Assembly: GCA_964610875.1 (NCBI GenBank) | Contig: CAZSWP010000051.1 | Span: forward strand, 1 to 20,827 | DNA: 20,827 nucleotides | From: an uncultured archaeon | GTDB lineage: Archaea > Asgardarchaeota > Thorarchaeia > Thorarchaeales > Thorarchaeaceae | Direction of reading: 5' to 3' | Part shown: positions 1 to 9,766 of the stretch, one piece after another | How the letters are laid out: each line of letters begins with the position of its first letter | Numbering within the stretch: position 1 is the first letter of the stretch | The notes under the pieces: model-generated | Seen by the model: only the letters and a program-made list of their open reading frames with translations | What the model was told of the DNA's origin: nothing | The model's database searches: none | Position numbers and translations under genes: made by a program

Positions 1-217
1 CCTGGACAGACAAAGCTCCGGTGTCCAGATTTGTCTAGCTTACAATGAACGGTTTACAGAGACACACATACTCCTCCCAAATAAAACAGAACCTTTCCTA
101 GTCTTTCAATATAGTGAATGAACTATTACTGAATGTATGCCTGTATTATGCATGAACCACGGCAGGCATACACCCTTCTATAGATAAAGGATGGATATCG
201 TCCCTTGTGAGGTAGCG

Positions 218-1471
218 TTGAACACCGAGCAGAGAACCGATTTAAGAAACAATATTCGAGTTATGGCAGTTGGGAATACAATTGTTACCTCTGCTAATTC
301 TTTATGGATCATGTTCATGCCACTATGGTTCAAAGCACTTGCTCTCTCTGTGGGATTCGATGACACAATTGCCAACTCGGTAGTGTTGGTGATCTTTTCA
401 ATCGCTGCTTTGGTGCGTGCATTTACAATGCAGGCTGGAGGTATAATTGCAGATAAGATAGGTCGAAAACCAGTAATTCTCATAGGATTCTTGATTTTCA
501 CATTTGGCGTCACAGCTCTCTTCCTACTGACTCAGGTAAATTCACTCACTCCTTTGTCATTTCTCGTTCTCGGTTCAATCATTTATACAATCATCTGGTC
601 GGGTGGTGGATTTTCAAGACCTGCATCATCAATGCTATTGGCTGAAAGTGTGTCTGAAAAGCGGAAAGGACTATCCTATATGTTTGCAAGCAGGGTTCTT
701 CCATCTATTCCTCCTGCGCTTCTCATCTTTATAGGAGGCACATTATATGTGTCAGATTTTTCCCTTGCCCTCTTTCTTGGACTCTTTGGACCACTAGCTG
801 TAGTAGTAATATTTGCATTTTCTCTCTCTGACTCCACAAAGGACTCAATATCAATTAGAGAATCATCACCTGTAACACATCGAAGTATAGCTATTCCTGT
901 TCTTCTATTGGTTCTTGCCTTTGCTCTTGATTCGGTTTCCAGTAGCGGTCTCTCGAACTATGTTCCAGTATTTCTTGATTCAAAATTCGGTGTTGAAGCT
1001 GTAGCTATATGGACATGGATGATCTCCGTATCAACCTTGGTCATTGCTATCGCTGCAGTTTTTGCTGGCATAATTGTTGATCATCTTGGTACAAAAGCAG
1101 CACTTACTCTAGGATGGATTACATTATCAATTACAATTCTTGTATTTCCCTATGTAGAAGATGTACTATTGATTGTGATAGTATATGCAATGTGGAAGGG
1201 ACTGGATATGATGGATATCTCTATACCTGCTCTTACAGTATCCGAATATTATCCCCAAAATGAACGAGCACAAATACTTGGTTCGATTGAGATGTCAAAC
1301 ACTCTAGCGGGAGTAGTTGGTCCATTACTCATCTCGGGTGTTCTATGGCTGGGTCCAAATGTTCCTTTCTCTCTAAAGGTTATAATGAACATCTTGGGAG
1401 TAATTGCATTCCTATTTGCAGTACGTCGTCTGGAAGACACTGACACTGGTGAACCACTTTTCGAGAACTGA
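218..1471 (+). CDS. MFS transporter
   Basis: About 12 hydrophobic segments; MFS motif A (GGIIADKIGRKPVI) and its C-half echo (GIIVDHLGTK). ORF is open from 191; in-frame TTG at 218 follows an SD-like GTGAGGT (207-213). Confidence 0.9.
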   Translation: MNTEQRTDLRNNIRVMAVGNTIVTSANSLWIMFMPLWFKALALSVGFDDTIANSVVLVIFSIAALVRAFTMQAGGIIADKIGRKPVILIGFLIFTFGVTALFLLTQVNSLTPLSFLVLGSIIYTIIWSGGGFSRPASSMLLAESVSEKRKGLSYMFASRVLPSIPPALLIFIGGTLYVSDFSLALFLGLFGPLAVVVIFAFSLSDSTKDSISIRESSPVTHRSIAIPVLLLVLAFALDSVSSSGLSNYVPVFLDSKFGVEAVAIWTWMISVSTLVIAIAAVFAGIIVDHLGTKAALTLGWITLSITILVFPYVEDVLLIVIVYAMWKGLDMMDISIPALTVSEYYPQNERAQILGSIEMSNTLAGVVGPLLISGVLWLGPNVPFSLKVIMNILGVIAFLFAVRRLEDTDTGEPLFEN

Positions 1472-1544
1472 TATACAACGAAAGATATGACCGATAATTG
1501 CAAATAGCAATACTACTGTACATGAAATTCAGTGGTTGTAAAGA

Positions 1545-2618
1545 ATGCCCGAGTGGGATGAAATCTTTTCAAAAGAGGGACACGTGTTCAAAGAGCCCCA
1601 CCCCGACATGAACAAGCTAGTATCTCTGTTCACTGAAAATGGTGTGAAAAATATTCTTGATGTCGGGTGCGGTACAGGAAGACATCTTGTCTATCTCTCA
1701 AAGAAAGGATTTGAGGTCACAGGATTTGATGCATCTCCAAAAGCAATTGATCTAGCAAAAAAATGGTTAGAGACCGAGTCATTAGAGGCTGAAGTCTCTA
1801 TTCATAGAATGGAAGACTCATTTCCCTATAGTGAGAATACCTTTGATGCAGTAATCTCCATTCAGACTCTGCATCATAATTTGATGACAAATATACGAAC
1901 CACAATTGATGAAATATCAAGGGTATTACGTCCGAAAGGGATAATTTTCATCACAGTACCTACTTTTCAGTCAGGTCCAGTACCCCCTGAACGGGATTGG
2001 GGCCTCCGTCAAGTGGAAGATGGTACATACATACCTGAGAAAGGTCCTGAGAGTGGTATTCCTCATCATTATTTCTCATGTAATGAATTGATTGTGGAGT
2101 TTCGAGAATTCGAGCCAATTGAGATATACATTGATGAGACCAATCATCGCGTCTTTATTGGAATAAAACGTTCACATTCGTTAGTCGATGAAGTTGAGAA
2201 AGCAATCAAGCAAAATATAGACCTTCTACAGGAAGCTGGTATTGCAGTTGATGATGTAAGCTCGAACGAAGTAGTTGAGTACTTTTCTGGTGAAACTCCC
2301 ACAGGTGATAAAACGACTTTGTATGATATAATTCGTAATAAATGGCTTCTCCTTCATGAAATTGTTGAATTGAAACGGCTCAAGGACATAGGTCATAAGA
2401 TTACTTCCAACTTGATCTGGGACAACTATTATGATGTACTCTCTGCGCATGTATTTGCCACTAAACAAGAATTCAGAATTGCTTTGAAACATGATGCAAA
2501 AGAGTGGGTTTCTGAAAGAGTGGTTATGATTTCAACTTGGTTAGAAGGTCCAGGACTGCCCGAGATAATTCGTGATGAATTCATCGCTCTTCAAGAAGCC
2601 TATAGTTCATCTGAATAG
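1545..2618 (+). CDS. Class I SAM-dependent methyltransferase with a ~150-aa C-terminal domain of unknown function
   Basis: Motif I ILDVGCGTGRH, GFDAS, FDAVIS, RVLRPKGIIFI in the first ~210 aa; helical C-terminal part with HEIVE...AH. Confidence 0.85.
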   Translation: MPEWDEIFSKEGHVFKEPHPDMNKLVSLFTENGVKNILDVGCGTGRHLVYLSKKGFEVTGFDASPKAIDLAKKWLETESLEAEVSIHRMEDSFPYSENTFDAVISIQTLHHNLMTNIRTTIDEISRVLRPKGIIFITVPTFQSGPVPPERDWGLRQVEDGTYIPEKGPESGIPHHYFSCNELIVEFREFEPIEIYIDETNHRVFIGIKRSHSLVDEVEKAIKQNIDLLQEAGIAVDDVSSNEVVEYFSGETPTGDKTTLYDIIRNKWLLLHEIVELKRLKDIGHKITSNLIWDNYYDVLSAHVFATKQEFRIALKHDAKEWVSERVVMISTWLEGPGLPEIIRDEFIALQEAYSSSE

Positions 2619-2776
2619 AGATCAAAACATAACAGAATTATAAGCTGTAAGTTTCTATTCTTGAATTCCAATTATGTAAGTCATCATTAATTGTGATTGA
2701 GAAGAATAGTACTGAATAGAAATTTCCGTAAAATTTATGCTATTTCATGGAGAAATTCATCTGTGGTTGGAGTTTC

Positions 2777-3460
2777 ATGAAGAAATGTGAAATTTATAGA
2801 TGTCCTTTTCTAAGCTACCTAATCACTATTCTAATTGTATCAAACGTTTCTGCCATTCAATCTCAAGGACTCAAATGAACATATACAGTCGGTTAGAGAT
2901 ATTATTTCATTGAATAAGTTTACGAGGAATGTGAGGATGGACGTGTGATTTCGGTACAGCACGAGAAAACAATAATTGGATTTGATTATGTTGAAATTGA
3001 AGATCCTCTAACAAATGAGAGCCCATTGCCAAAAGCTAACTACACTGGGGTGCAAGAGGATGGGAGTTTTACTGATTATAAGCCTCTGGGCCCATTCGCG
3101 ATAATACCTATTGGAAACTGGGATTTCATAGGTGCCATATTTCAAAGAATTCATAATGAAACCGGTGGAGAGATCGAGATTAGCAATACTGATACTGAAT
3201 GGGACTACAGCTATGTTCTACTTGATAATGAAATAATGCTTAACACTGTAGAAATAGCCTATTCCAAAGAAGATGGATTATTAATTAAGACGATACAGAT
3301 CTACGACTATAAGTCAAATGAGAAATACATTAGATATCATACATACAGAACTGAAATAAATGAAGCGCAAGCATGGATGCCATTTGGAATGGGCATACTT
3401 GCTGTTTCTCTCGCCGTAATAGCTATAGTGATATTCTGGGATAAGATATATCAGGCATAG
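2777..3460 (+). pseudogene. Probable pseudogene of a secreted, C-terminally membrane-anchored protein; intact 3' portion is ORF 2945-3460
   Basis: ATG 2777 (after GGAG) is in frame with ORF 2945-3460 and encodes a signal-peptide-like stretch, but is interrupted by TGA 2876, TAG 2894 and TAA 2915. C-terminal TM helix WMPFGMGILAVSLAVIAIVIFW. Confidence 0.6.
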
Positions 3461-3525
3461 ATTCCTACTAAAGTCTACCCAACAGTGAGTTTTATGTTTA
3501 TAAGACAAGATTTCTATATTGTTAA

Positions 3526-4269
3526 TTGGTAAGTTTCGTATTGAATAGAAATATCTACATCCTAGCAGTGTTGAGTCTAATCGCCTTGGTAGGTACAGGT
3601 TCAGCAACACTTCTCTCATCATCTCTCGAACCTCAATATGTATACTATGAGGAATCACATTATTCTCAAATTGTAATCATCCGTGATACAAACGGAAATC
3701 TCTCAACATCTTTTCATCATAACTTGTACAATATGGGAGAAGGTATTTTCAATTTGACACTACCAATTTGGAGAAGTAGTGGTATTATTGAATTAAACGA
3801 GAGTGTTCATGAAGTTCATGTGAAACCGAAGGTCCATTTTGAGATTCCTAGTGAGCAAGAAGAAATACTTCATTTGAAATGGGGTGTGAGTTCAGAAATC
3901 GCATATGAATGCGGAAACATAATTCAAAAGACACCTAGACGAAATTATCTAATCAGTTCGGGTTATACGACTGAGTCAACTTGGTCGACTGATATCATCC
4001 TCAATCAAACAACTATTGATGAATACAATATCACTATGATCACCGTTGCTAGTGAAACCATGTATATTGCTGAATGTAATGCGTCATATGGCGTAAATTA
4101 TGCTTTCTCTCTTGATATTTCTCTTATCTATGAACATCCAAGTGAAGGTAGAATCTCTCCATATGCTATCGCCTTTATGGCATTGGGAATTCTCTCAATA
4201 GTGATGCTTCTCTTCGAAATACGTAATCTTGAAGAGAGTAAGTTTATCAATAGTGAATCGAATAACTGA
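3526..4269 (+). CDS. Hypothetical membrane-anchored extracellular protein
   Basis: 247-aa ORF; N-terminal hydrophobic signal segment, C-terminal TM helix, several N-x-S/T sequons. Start uncertain (TTG 3526 or 3541). Confidence 0.7.
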   Translation: MVSFVLNRNIYILAVLSLIALVGTGSATLLSSSLEPQYVYYEESHYSQIVIIRDTNGNLSTSFHHNLYNMGEGIFNLTLPIWRSSGIIELNESVHEVHVKPKVHFEIPSEQEEILHLKWGVSSEIAYECGNIIQKTPRRNYLISSGYTTESTWSTDIILNQTTIDEYNITMITVASETMYIAECNASYGVNYAFSLDISLIYEHPSEGRISPYAIAFMALGILSIVMLLFEIRNLEESKFINSESNN

Positions 4270-4319
4270 ATTGAACTTAAGACCCAACAATCTGACAGAA
4301 AGAATCGTCCAATCACAAA

Positions 4320-6551
4320 TCACTTACCTTGATTTCGAAGGGATGAAATTGCAGATTTAATCTCTCTTTGCTCAGCAAGGAAATCGTATCTCTCTACAAA
4401 CGGTACAATTGTGCGAGCGTCTCGATTAGTTTCAAAGAAGAATGCAATATCTGCTGCTCTATCCAGAATGGCCTTTCGTATCAATTCATTCTGAAATAGA
4501 ATGTCAGGTGATTTAATATCACAAATCTCCCAAGGCTCGTTATGATTTTCGATTGCAAAGAGGATTGCATCTATTATTTTAACAGACATTACTAGCTCTT
4601 CACACCATGAAATCTGACTGATTATCTCAAAACCGTCTTGTCTGGTTCTGATAGCAAATGCTAGATCATCAACCCGACTCATAATGGCATCTTGAATCTC
4701 TGAACTATTCCGTAATTGAGGTAGTGTTGAAGCATCATTGATCACAAACCAGCATTCCCAACGCTTCTTGATTCGCTTTGATAATTTAGGAATTAGTTCA
4801 GTTAGCACAGTCTTGATTACGTTACTTTCCAGTACCTCTGGGGCATATAGTAATGCATCGAGATGCACTCTGGGATTATCATCTAATAATACATCGGCTA
4901 GAACGGACAGATTTTTCTGCAAACTTTCCCTGAATTCAGGAGGGTCGATAATGCGTTTATCTCCCTTGACAGCACTTGCAATCAACCAAGGTTGGTCGTA
5001 TTTACTTACTATATCAAGTACCAGTTCAATGAATTGCGGGTTCTCAGAAAAGAACAAGAGTTTATACATTGTCGAGATTTCGTCTACAGGATAGTCTGAT
5101 GTGCGTACTCTCTCGAAGATGTCGTCCATCTGCGAAGTCAGAATATCTGATATCAGCGTCTTATTCAGTATTTGAGGCATTTCCACAATAAACTCAACAG
5201 CCCTGAAAGGATATTGTTCTGTTTGAAATGCACTTGCACAGTTTTCAATGACTCTAGTGTCATCTAAAATCTCAGGGATATATTCTGCTGCAAGTGGGAG
5301 TACTTCGTACCCATAGTTCTTGGTGAGTCGATGGATTATGGCTTCCTTGAATCGTTCATCATCTAGGATATACCTAAACCACGATGAACGTACATATAGT
5401 GGAAGAATGCCGTAGATGTTACCTTCATCCACAAGTTTCTCCACAATCTTTGGAATAATTGTCTTGAGTGTTGCCTGTATTCTTTCATTCTTAGCCAAGA
5501 TAGGTACTTGTGCAATTAAGCCAAGATAGTTTATCGATTCAAAATCCTCTTTAAAGTACCTGACAATATCACCAATACGAGAATCAATTGTGGTTTGTAT
5601 GAGAGGATTTTGCATAATACTGGGCAGTTCGCAAATCGTATCAAGAAGATACATCAAGTCATCTGTGGATTCCAGAACTTTGTTAATAGATCTTTGAATC
5701 TCACTGTTCAAAGTCAGTGATCTGACCTTTACAACAAACAGAATTGCACTTTCCGCAGATGCAGGATTATTGATACCACTGACAATTGCCTTGAATATTC
5801 GAGGTTCATGTAGCAAGCTGGGTTCTGGCAAGAGTGCATCTAGCATCATAAAATTACTATCCGGTCCAGTAATGCCCTCAATAATATCTGGAATCCTTGA
5901 TGTGATAGCCTCTCGTATTATCTGATTTTCTGCTAGAGGGCGATATTTCAGAGTTCTGCGAATCAACCACCATGGGTTGTCAGAATTCATAATGGCGCGT
6001 TCAAATGCGGTTATGATTTTTACCTCTCCAAAAAAGAATGAAAAATCTTGCAGCATCTCTATGATTTCGTCTTGATATCTACTATTTTCTATCAGGTATG
6101 CTAAGGAATCCTTGATTATATCATGTTTGATGATTATGGGAATGTGCTGCAGCACTCTTTCAAGTTCACTCTGAAAATTGGCTTTCCGTATTGAATCTGC
6201 GATGAACTTCAGTATATGTTCGTTTTCAAACAACCAATCATAATGTTCAATGTTTTCAAGCACGTCCCAATACTTTTCTTGATCTTCAAGACCCTCTGCA
6301 ATAGTGGATGCCCTATTTGTTATGGTTTCACGAACTTCCTTTGAATCCGAAATTTCCGACTTTGCTAGATGACCAATTCCCCACCAGGGCTCCTCTGACG
6401 ACTTGACCCTCTCAAGCACAAGTTGAATGTCCTTGTCTGCTAATTTCTCAAAGCCAGTTCTTTCAGATATTGTATCTCCATTCTCCGAACTATAGTTGCC
6501 TGTGGAATCATGCTTCCTTACCAAGTTATCCACCTTTATCTGTGAAGTCAA
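4320..6551 (-). CDS. Hypothetical alpha-helical tandem-repeat (solenoid-like) protein
   Basis: 743-aa ORF; about 19 degenerate repeats, mostly 33 or 40 aa, aligned by eye; no signal or TM segment. TTG start uncertain. Confidence 0.8.
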   Translation of the reverse strand: MTSQIKVDNLVRKHDSTGNYSSENGDTISERTGFEKLADKDIQLVLERVKSSEEPWWGIGHLAKSEISDSKEVRETITNRASTIAEGLEDQEKYWDVLENIEHYDWLFENEHILKFIADSIRKANFQSELERVLQHIPIIIKHDIIKDSLAYLIENSRYQDEIIEMLQDFSFFFGEVKIITAFERAIMNSDNPWWLIRRTLKYRPLAENQIIREAITSRIPDIIEGITGPDSNFMMLDALLPEPSLLHEPRIFKAIVSGINNPASAESAILFVVKVRSLTLNSEIQRSINKVLESTDDLMYLLDTICELPSIMQNPLIQTTIDSRIGDIVRYFKEDFESINYLGLIAQVPILAKNERIQATLKTIIPKIVEKLVDEGNIYGILPLYVRSSWFRYILDDERFKEAIIHRLTKNYGYEVLPLAAEYIPEILDDTRVIENCASAFQTEQYPFRAVEFIVEMPQILNKTLISDILTSQMDDIFERVRTSDYPVDEISTMYKLLFFSENPQFIELVLDIVSKYDQPWLIASAVKGDKRIIDPPEFRESLQKNLSVLADVLLDDNPRVHLDALLYAPEVLESNVIKTVLTELIPKLSKRIKKRWECWFVINDASTLPQLRNSSEIQDAIMSRVDDLAFAIRTRQDGFEIISQISWCEELVMSVKIIDAILFAIENHNEPWEICDIKSPDILFQNELIRKAILDRAADIAFFFETNRDARTIVPFVERYDFLAEQREIKSAISSLRNQGK

Positions 6552-6653
6552 ATTGAATATACTGAAGACCAGAACGTAGAATTCAGTTAATGGGTGACGT
6601 CAAGTGCACTAGATAATTGTATCGAATAACCTCGAAAAAAGCATACACTCTTA

Positions 6654-6662
6654 TTATAAATA
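6654..6662 (+). promoter_or_regulatory. Candidate TATA box of the surface-protein gene
   Basis: TTATAAATA about 40 nt upstream of ATG 6701. Confidence 0.45.
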
Positions 6663-6700
6663 CATTACCTAGTTATGTTTACCGCGTCGGTGAGGAGATC

Positions 6701-9427
6701 ATGAAAATACGACACATATTGATAAGCACGGTAATACTGATGCTTCTATTTTGTAACGTTCCTAACACACAAACAGAGTCCCACGAATCTTCTGGAATAG
6801 ATGATATGCCAGAATCGACAGGACATAAACCATCAGATGGCGTGACTAGGACTATGATCGTCCCAGTGCTGGAGGAGGAAACTGTAAATAATTTCAACCC
6901 GGATAGCAACTATGATGGCAACGTCTTTCAGGGTGGTTTGTTTGTTGGTAGATATCCTATCCCTATCTGGACTACATTTAGGGGTTGGCTGAAGTACGAT
7001 TTGTCTCATATATCTCCAGAGATGCACTTCGTTAGTGCTAAGATCTTTGTCTATCTCAACGAAACTGGTACTACATCAGATAATTCGACATCAGTGCACT
7101 ATTGTGATGATGACTCTTGGACAGAAACTACAATCACTTGGAACAATCAGCCCACCTTCTCTGCTCAGCCAGAAGATACTATTGATAGTCCTGCTAGTCC
7201 TGACATGTTTATAGAGAAGAACTGGTATTCTTGGGACGTGACCAGTGCAGTGACGGATACACTTGCTGGTGATGGTATACTCTCACTTGTGCTAAAACAA
7301 GATGATGAAACTGAAACCATCTCGACAACAAAGTACTTCACAGAGGACGAGGTCGATCACTTCAAGGCTTCATATATTGCACTCCAGTACGTTGACCCAA
7401 CAACGACCGGATTGACTGTGGATGGTGAGTCAACAGCACCAAAAATCAATTACATTCAAGATTCGACCCCTGAATACAGCTGGAACTTTGAAGACGTTGG
7501 AGACTCTCAGATAGACTACGAGTTCGAGCTGAATACTACTGGTGATACACAGCTCTACACAGAGAACCATACTGACCACCAGACTATCTATGATGAAGGT
7601 GATTCATCATATGCATTTCCGTTCTGGCGCAACAGATCATTGCGTACGCAGATGCTATGGTACGAGAACTATATCCCACGGAGTGGAGTTATTGATAGAC
7701 TATATCTTGATGTGTCCGATGTTGGTGGGACTTCTATCACGGTCTATAACTTTACCATATTGATGCTGAATAAACCGACTTTCAGCCTTTCCACTGACTT
7801 CTCTGACAACTATGAGGGGATAGAACCCACAACGGTATTCTCACGGTCAGAATATTCACTGACAGCAGATAATGGCAAGTTCATCATTGATATTGAGAAC
7901 ACCTTCATGGTAAATAACCGTTCTAACCTCCTTGTTGAGTTCAGGTATACAAACCAGACAGGAGATCTGGTCTTTTGCATGGCTAACAACACTGCAGCCG
8001 GTATACAGGCATACAATTATGAGAGTGCTTACAATGAAACTGCAAAAGATGCATTGAATCGGGTTTTCGACCTAGAAGTGGATTATGCTTCGGAGATGAT
8101 CTTCTCCAGTGGTACCATTGGCAATGCTTACCCGTTCAATCAGGATGAAGCACGTTTCCAGTGGAAATACAACCAGTCTTTGATAAACAAACTAGGGATC
8201 ATCGATAAGCTCTATTTTGGTACAGCGTCTGCTGGTGCCAGTGTCCAGTTTGAGAACTTCTCGGTCTACCTCGTTGAAACTCCTGTAAAGGGGGACCTCT
8301 CTACAACTTTTACTGAAAACTATGGTGGAGAAACGCCAACTCTCGTACTTGAGAGGGACAACTATACTGTTCACAATATTGATGGTTGGTTAGTCATTGA
8401 TATTGAGAATATCTTCACCTATACTAACCAAGATGACCTGTTGATTGATATCAGGTTTGATAAGAAATATGGGACTGGATTCAATTGCTGGCGAGCAACT
8501 GCTATGGGCGGTTATCGTGCCTACAATGTGATTGATAGTAATGCCACAATTGGACTTGCAAACTACTATACGTATGAGTTCGCTATGGAGATGGTGTATC
8601 AACAGACATCGCTCGTACCTGACGGGATTACCCTGACAAACGGTACAGATTACAAGTTCAGAGTTCGGACATCAGACAGCGCAGGTATCTGGAGTTCGTG
8701 GACTGAGAAGGAGTTCAGGTATATGAAGCTCGAGAATGGCCCCTCTTGGTCAGCCCTCTCGACTACACCCGAACCAGTGGAACTTGGTACTGCCTACACT
8801 GTTTCAATTGATGTGACACATCCCTATGGCGTCTTCACTGTTCTCATCTATCTACAAGATGATGGCTACACAATGACGCGTTCTGGTGATACGTTCACCT
8901 TCTCGGGGACTGCAGACCAACTAGGAGAAATCAACTTCACCATCTATATGGAGGACAACCTTGCATACTGGAGTGAGATCAGCAGCTCGTTTGTTGTAGA
9001 GGACACTACAGCACCTACCATCAACAGTCCTGAGGACATTGAGTACACAGAGGGAGAAACTGGTAACGAGATTGTTTGGACTCCGTCAGACCTTGACAAT
9101 GGTACGTACGAGATCCTTGTGGATGGTGTTTCCCTAGTAGTTGATGACTGGTATGGTTCTACAGTCACCTATGATGTCGATGAATGGTCTGCCGGCGAAT
9201 ACAATGTGACAATACAGGTTTCAGACAGTTCAGGTAACTCTGTGACTGATAGTGTCAATGTTACTGTGAATGAGGCATCGGACACCACTACAGCCACAAC
9301 TACCACGACTACAACAACCGTGCCTGAAGGTGGATTTGACACTACTCTGATACTCATAATTGCTGGTGTCAGTGCGGTAGTAGTAATTGTCATAGTGATA
9401 GTACTGAATAAACGAGGTAAATCTTAG
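6701..9427 (+). CDS. Cell-surface protein: DNRLRE-type domain, FN3-like domain with two inserted repeats, Ig-like domains, Thr linker, C-terminal TM anchor
   Basis: GGTGAGGAG SD before ATG 6701; signal peptide; LKYDLS...SAKIFVY...WTETTITWNNQP...WYSWDVT is DNRLRE-like; DTTAPTI...GEYNVTIQVSDSSGN is Ig-like; poly-Thr, TM helix, KRGKS tail. Confidence 0.85.
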   Translation: MKIRHILISTVILMLLFCNVPNTQTESHESSGIDDMPESTGHKPSDGVTRTMIVPVLEEETVNNFNPDSNYDGNVFQGGLFVGRYPIPIWTTFRGWLKYDLSHISPEMHFVSAKIFVYLNETGTTSDNSTSVHYCDDDSWTETTITWNNQPTFSAQPEDTIDSPASPDMFIEKNWYSWDVTSAVTDTLAGDGILSLVLKQDDETETISTTKYFTEDEVDHFKASYIALQYVDPTTTGLTVDGESTAPKINYIQDSTPEYSWNFEDVGDSQIDYEFELNTTGDTQLYTENHTDHQTIYDEGDSSYAFPFWRNRSLRTQMLWYENYIPRSGVIDRLYLDVSDVGGTSITVYNFTILMLNKPTFSLSTDFSDNYEGIEPTTVFSRSEYSLTADNGKFIIDIENTFMVNNRSNLLVEFRYTNQTGDLVFCMANNTAAGIQAYNYESAYNETAKDALNRVFDLEVDYASEMIFSSGTIGNAYPFNQDEARFQWKYNQSLINKLGIIDKLYFGTASAGASVQFENFSVYLVETPVKGDLSTTFTENYGGETPTLVLERDNYTVHNIDGWLVIDIENIFTYTNQDDLLIDIRFDKKYGTGFNCWRATAMGGYRAYNVIDSNATIGLANYYTYEFAMEMVYQQTSLVPDGITLTNGTDYKFRVRTSDSAGIWSSWTEKEFRYMKLENGPSWSALSTTPEPVELGTAYTVSIDVTHPYGVFTVLIYLQDDGYTMTRSGDTFTFSGTADQLGEINFTIYMEDNLAYWSEISSSFVVEDTTAPTINSPEDIEYTEGETGNEIVWTPSDLDNGTYEILVDGVSLVVDDWYGSTVTYDVDEWSAGEYNVTIQVSDSSGNSVTDSVNVTVNEASDTTTATTTTTTTTVPEGGFDTTLILIIAGVSAVVVIVIVIVLNKRGKS

Positions 9428-9431
9428 ACTT

Positions 9432-9466
9432 GAGGGAGGTCAGAGTGCCTCTCCTCTCTCTTTTTT
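9432..9466 (+). terminator. Hairpin plus T-tract terminator
   Basis: GAGGGAGG/CCTCTCCTC stem followed by TCTCTTTTTT just after stop 9427. Confidence 0.55.
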
Positions 9467-9712
9467 AATCTCTCTCAATGAAACAAATTATTCCTCTAAT
9501 TTGATATGGGAAGTGCAAGATATGTAATCACTCACCAATATACATCGTATTGATACTTGTGTCATCACATTCGACTAGTTGCTCGGTTTCGTTATTCGTG
9601 TGACATATAGTCTTCCAGTCATATGCGTAAAATTGATCTTTGATTTTCCACCCATTCCACTGACCACGAATCAATGCAGCGTTGGGAAGGAAAAAGATGT
9701 TAGGTTTTTGCG

Positions 9713-9753
9713 AAACAAAAAGAAAGAGAGATGAAGCTAAAAATAGCTTCATC
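9713..9753 (-). terminator. Terminator of acs
   Basis: Perfect 10-bp stem GATGAAGCTA-AAAA-TAGCTTCATC (9730-9753), followed on the minus strand by TCTCTTTCTTTTTGTTT. Confidence 0.7.
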
Positions 9754-9766
9754 AGTTTTCAAAATT

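Noticed and set aside
36-46. TAGCTTACAAT also present inside the MITE (13575-13585)
   Set aside because: An isolated 11-mer match is expected by chance in 20 kb; the flanks do not extend.
9281-9320. ACN-rich repeat-like DNA
   Set aside because: Simply encodes the Thr linker of the surface protein.
9528-9752. 74-aa minus-strand ORF after acs
   Set aside because: Its start lies inside the acs terminator hairpin and its hydrophobic N-terminus is just the T-tract; no recognisable motif.
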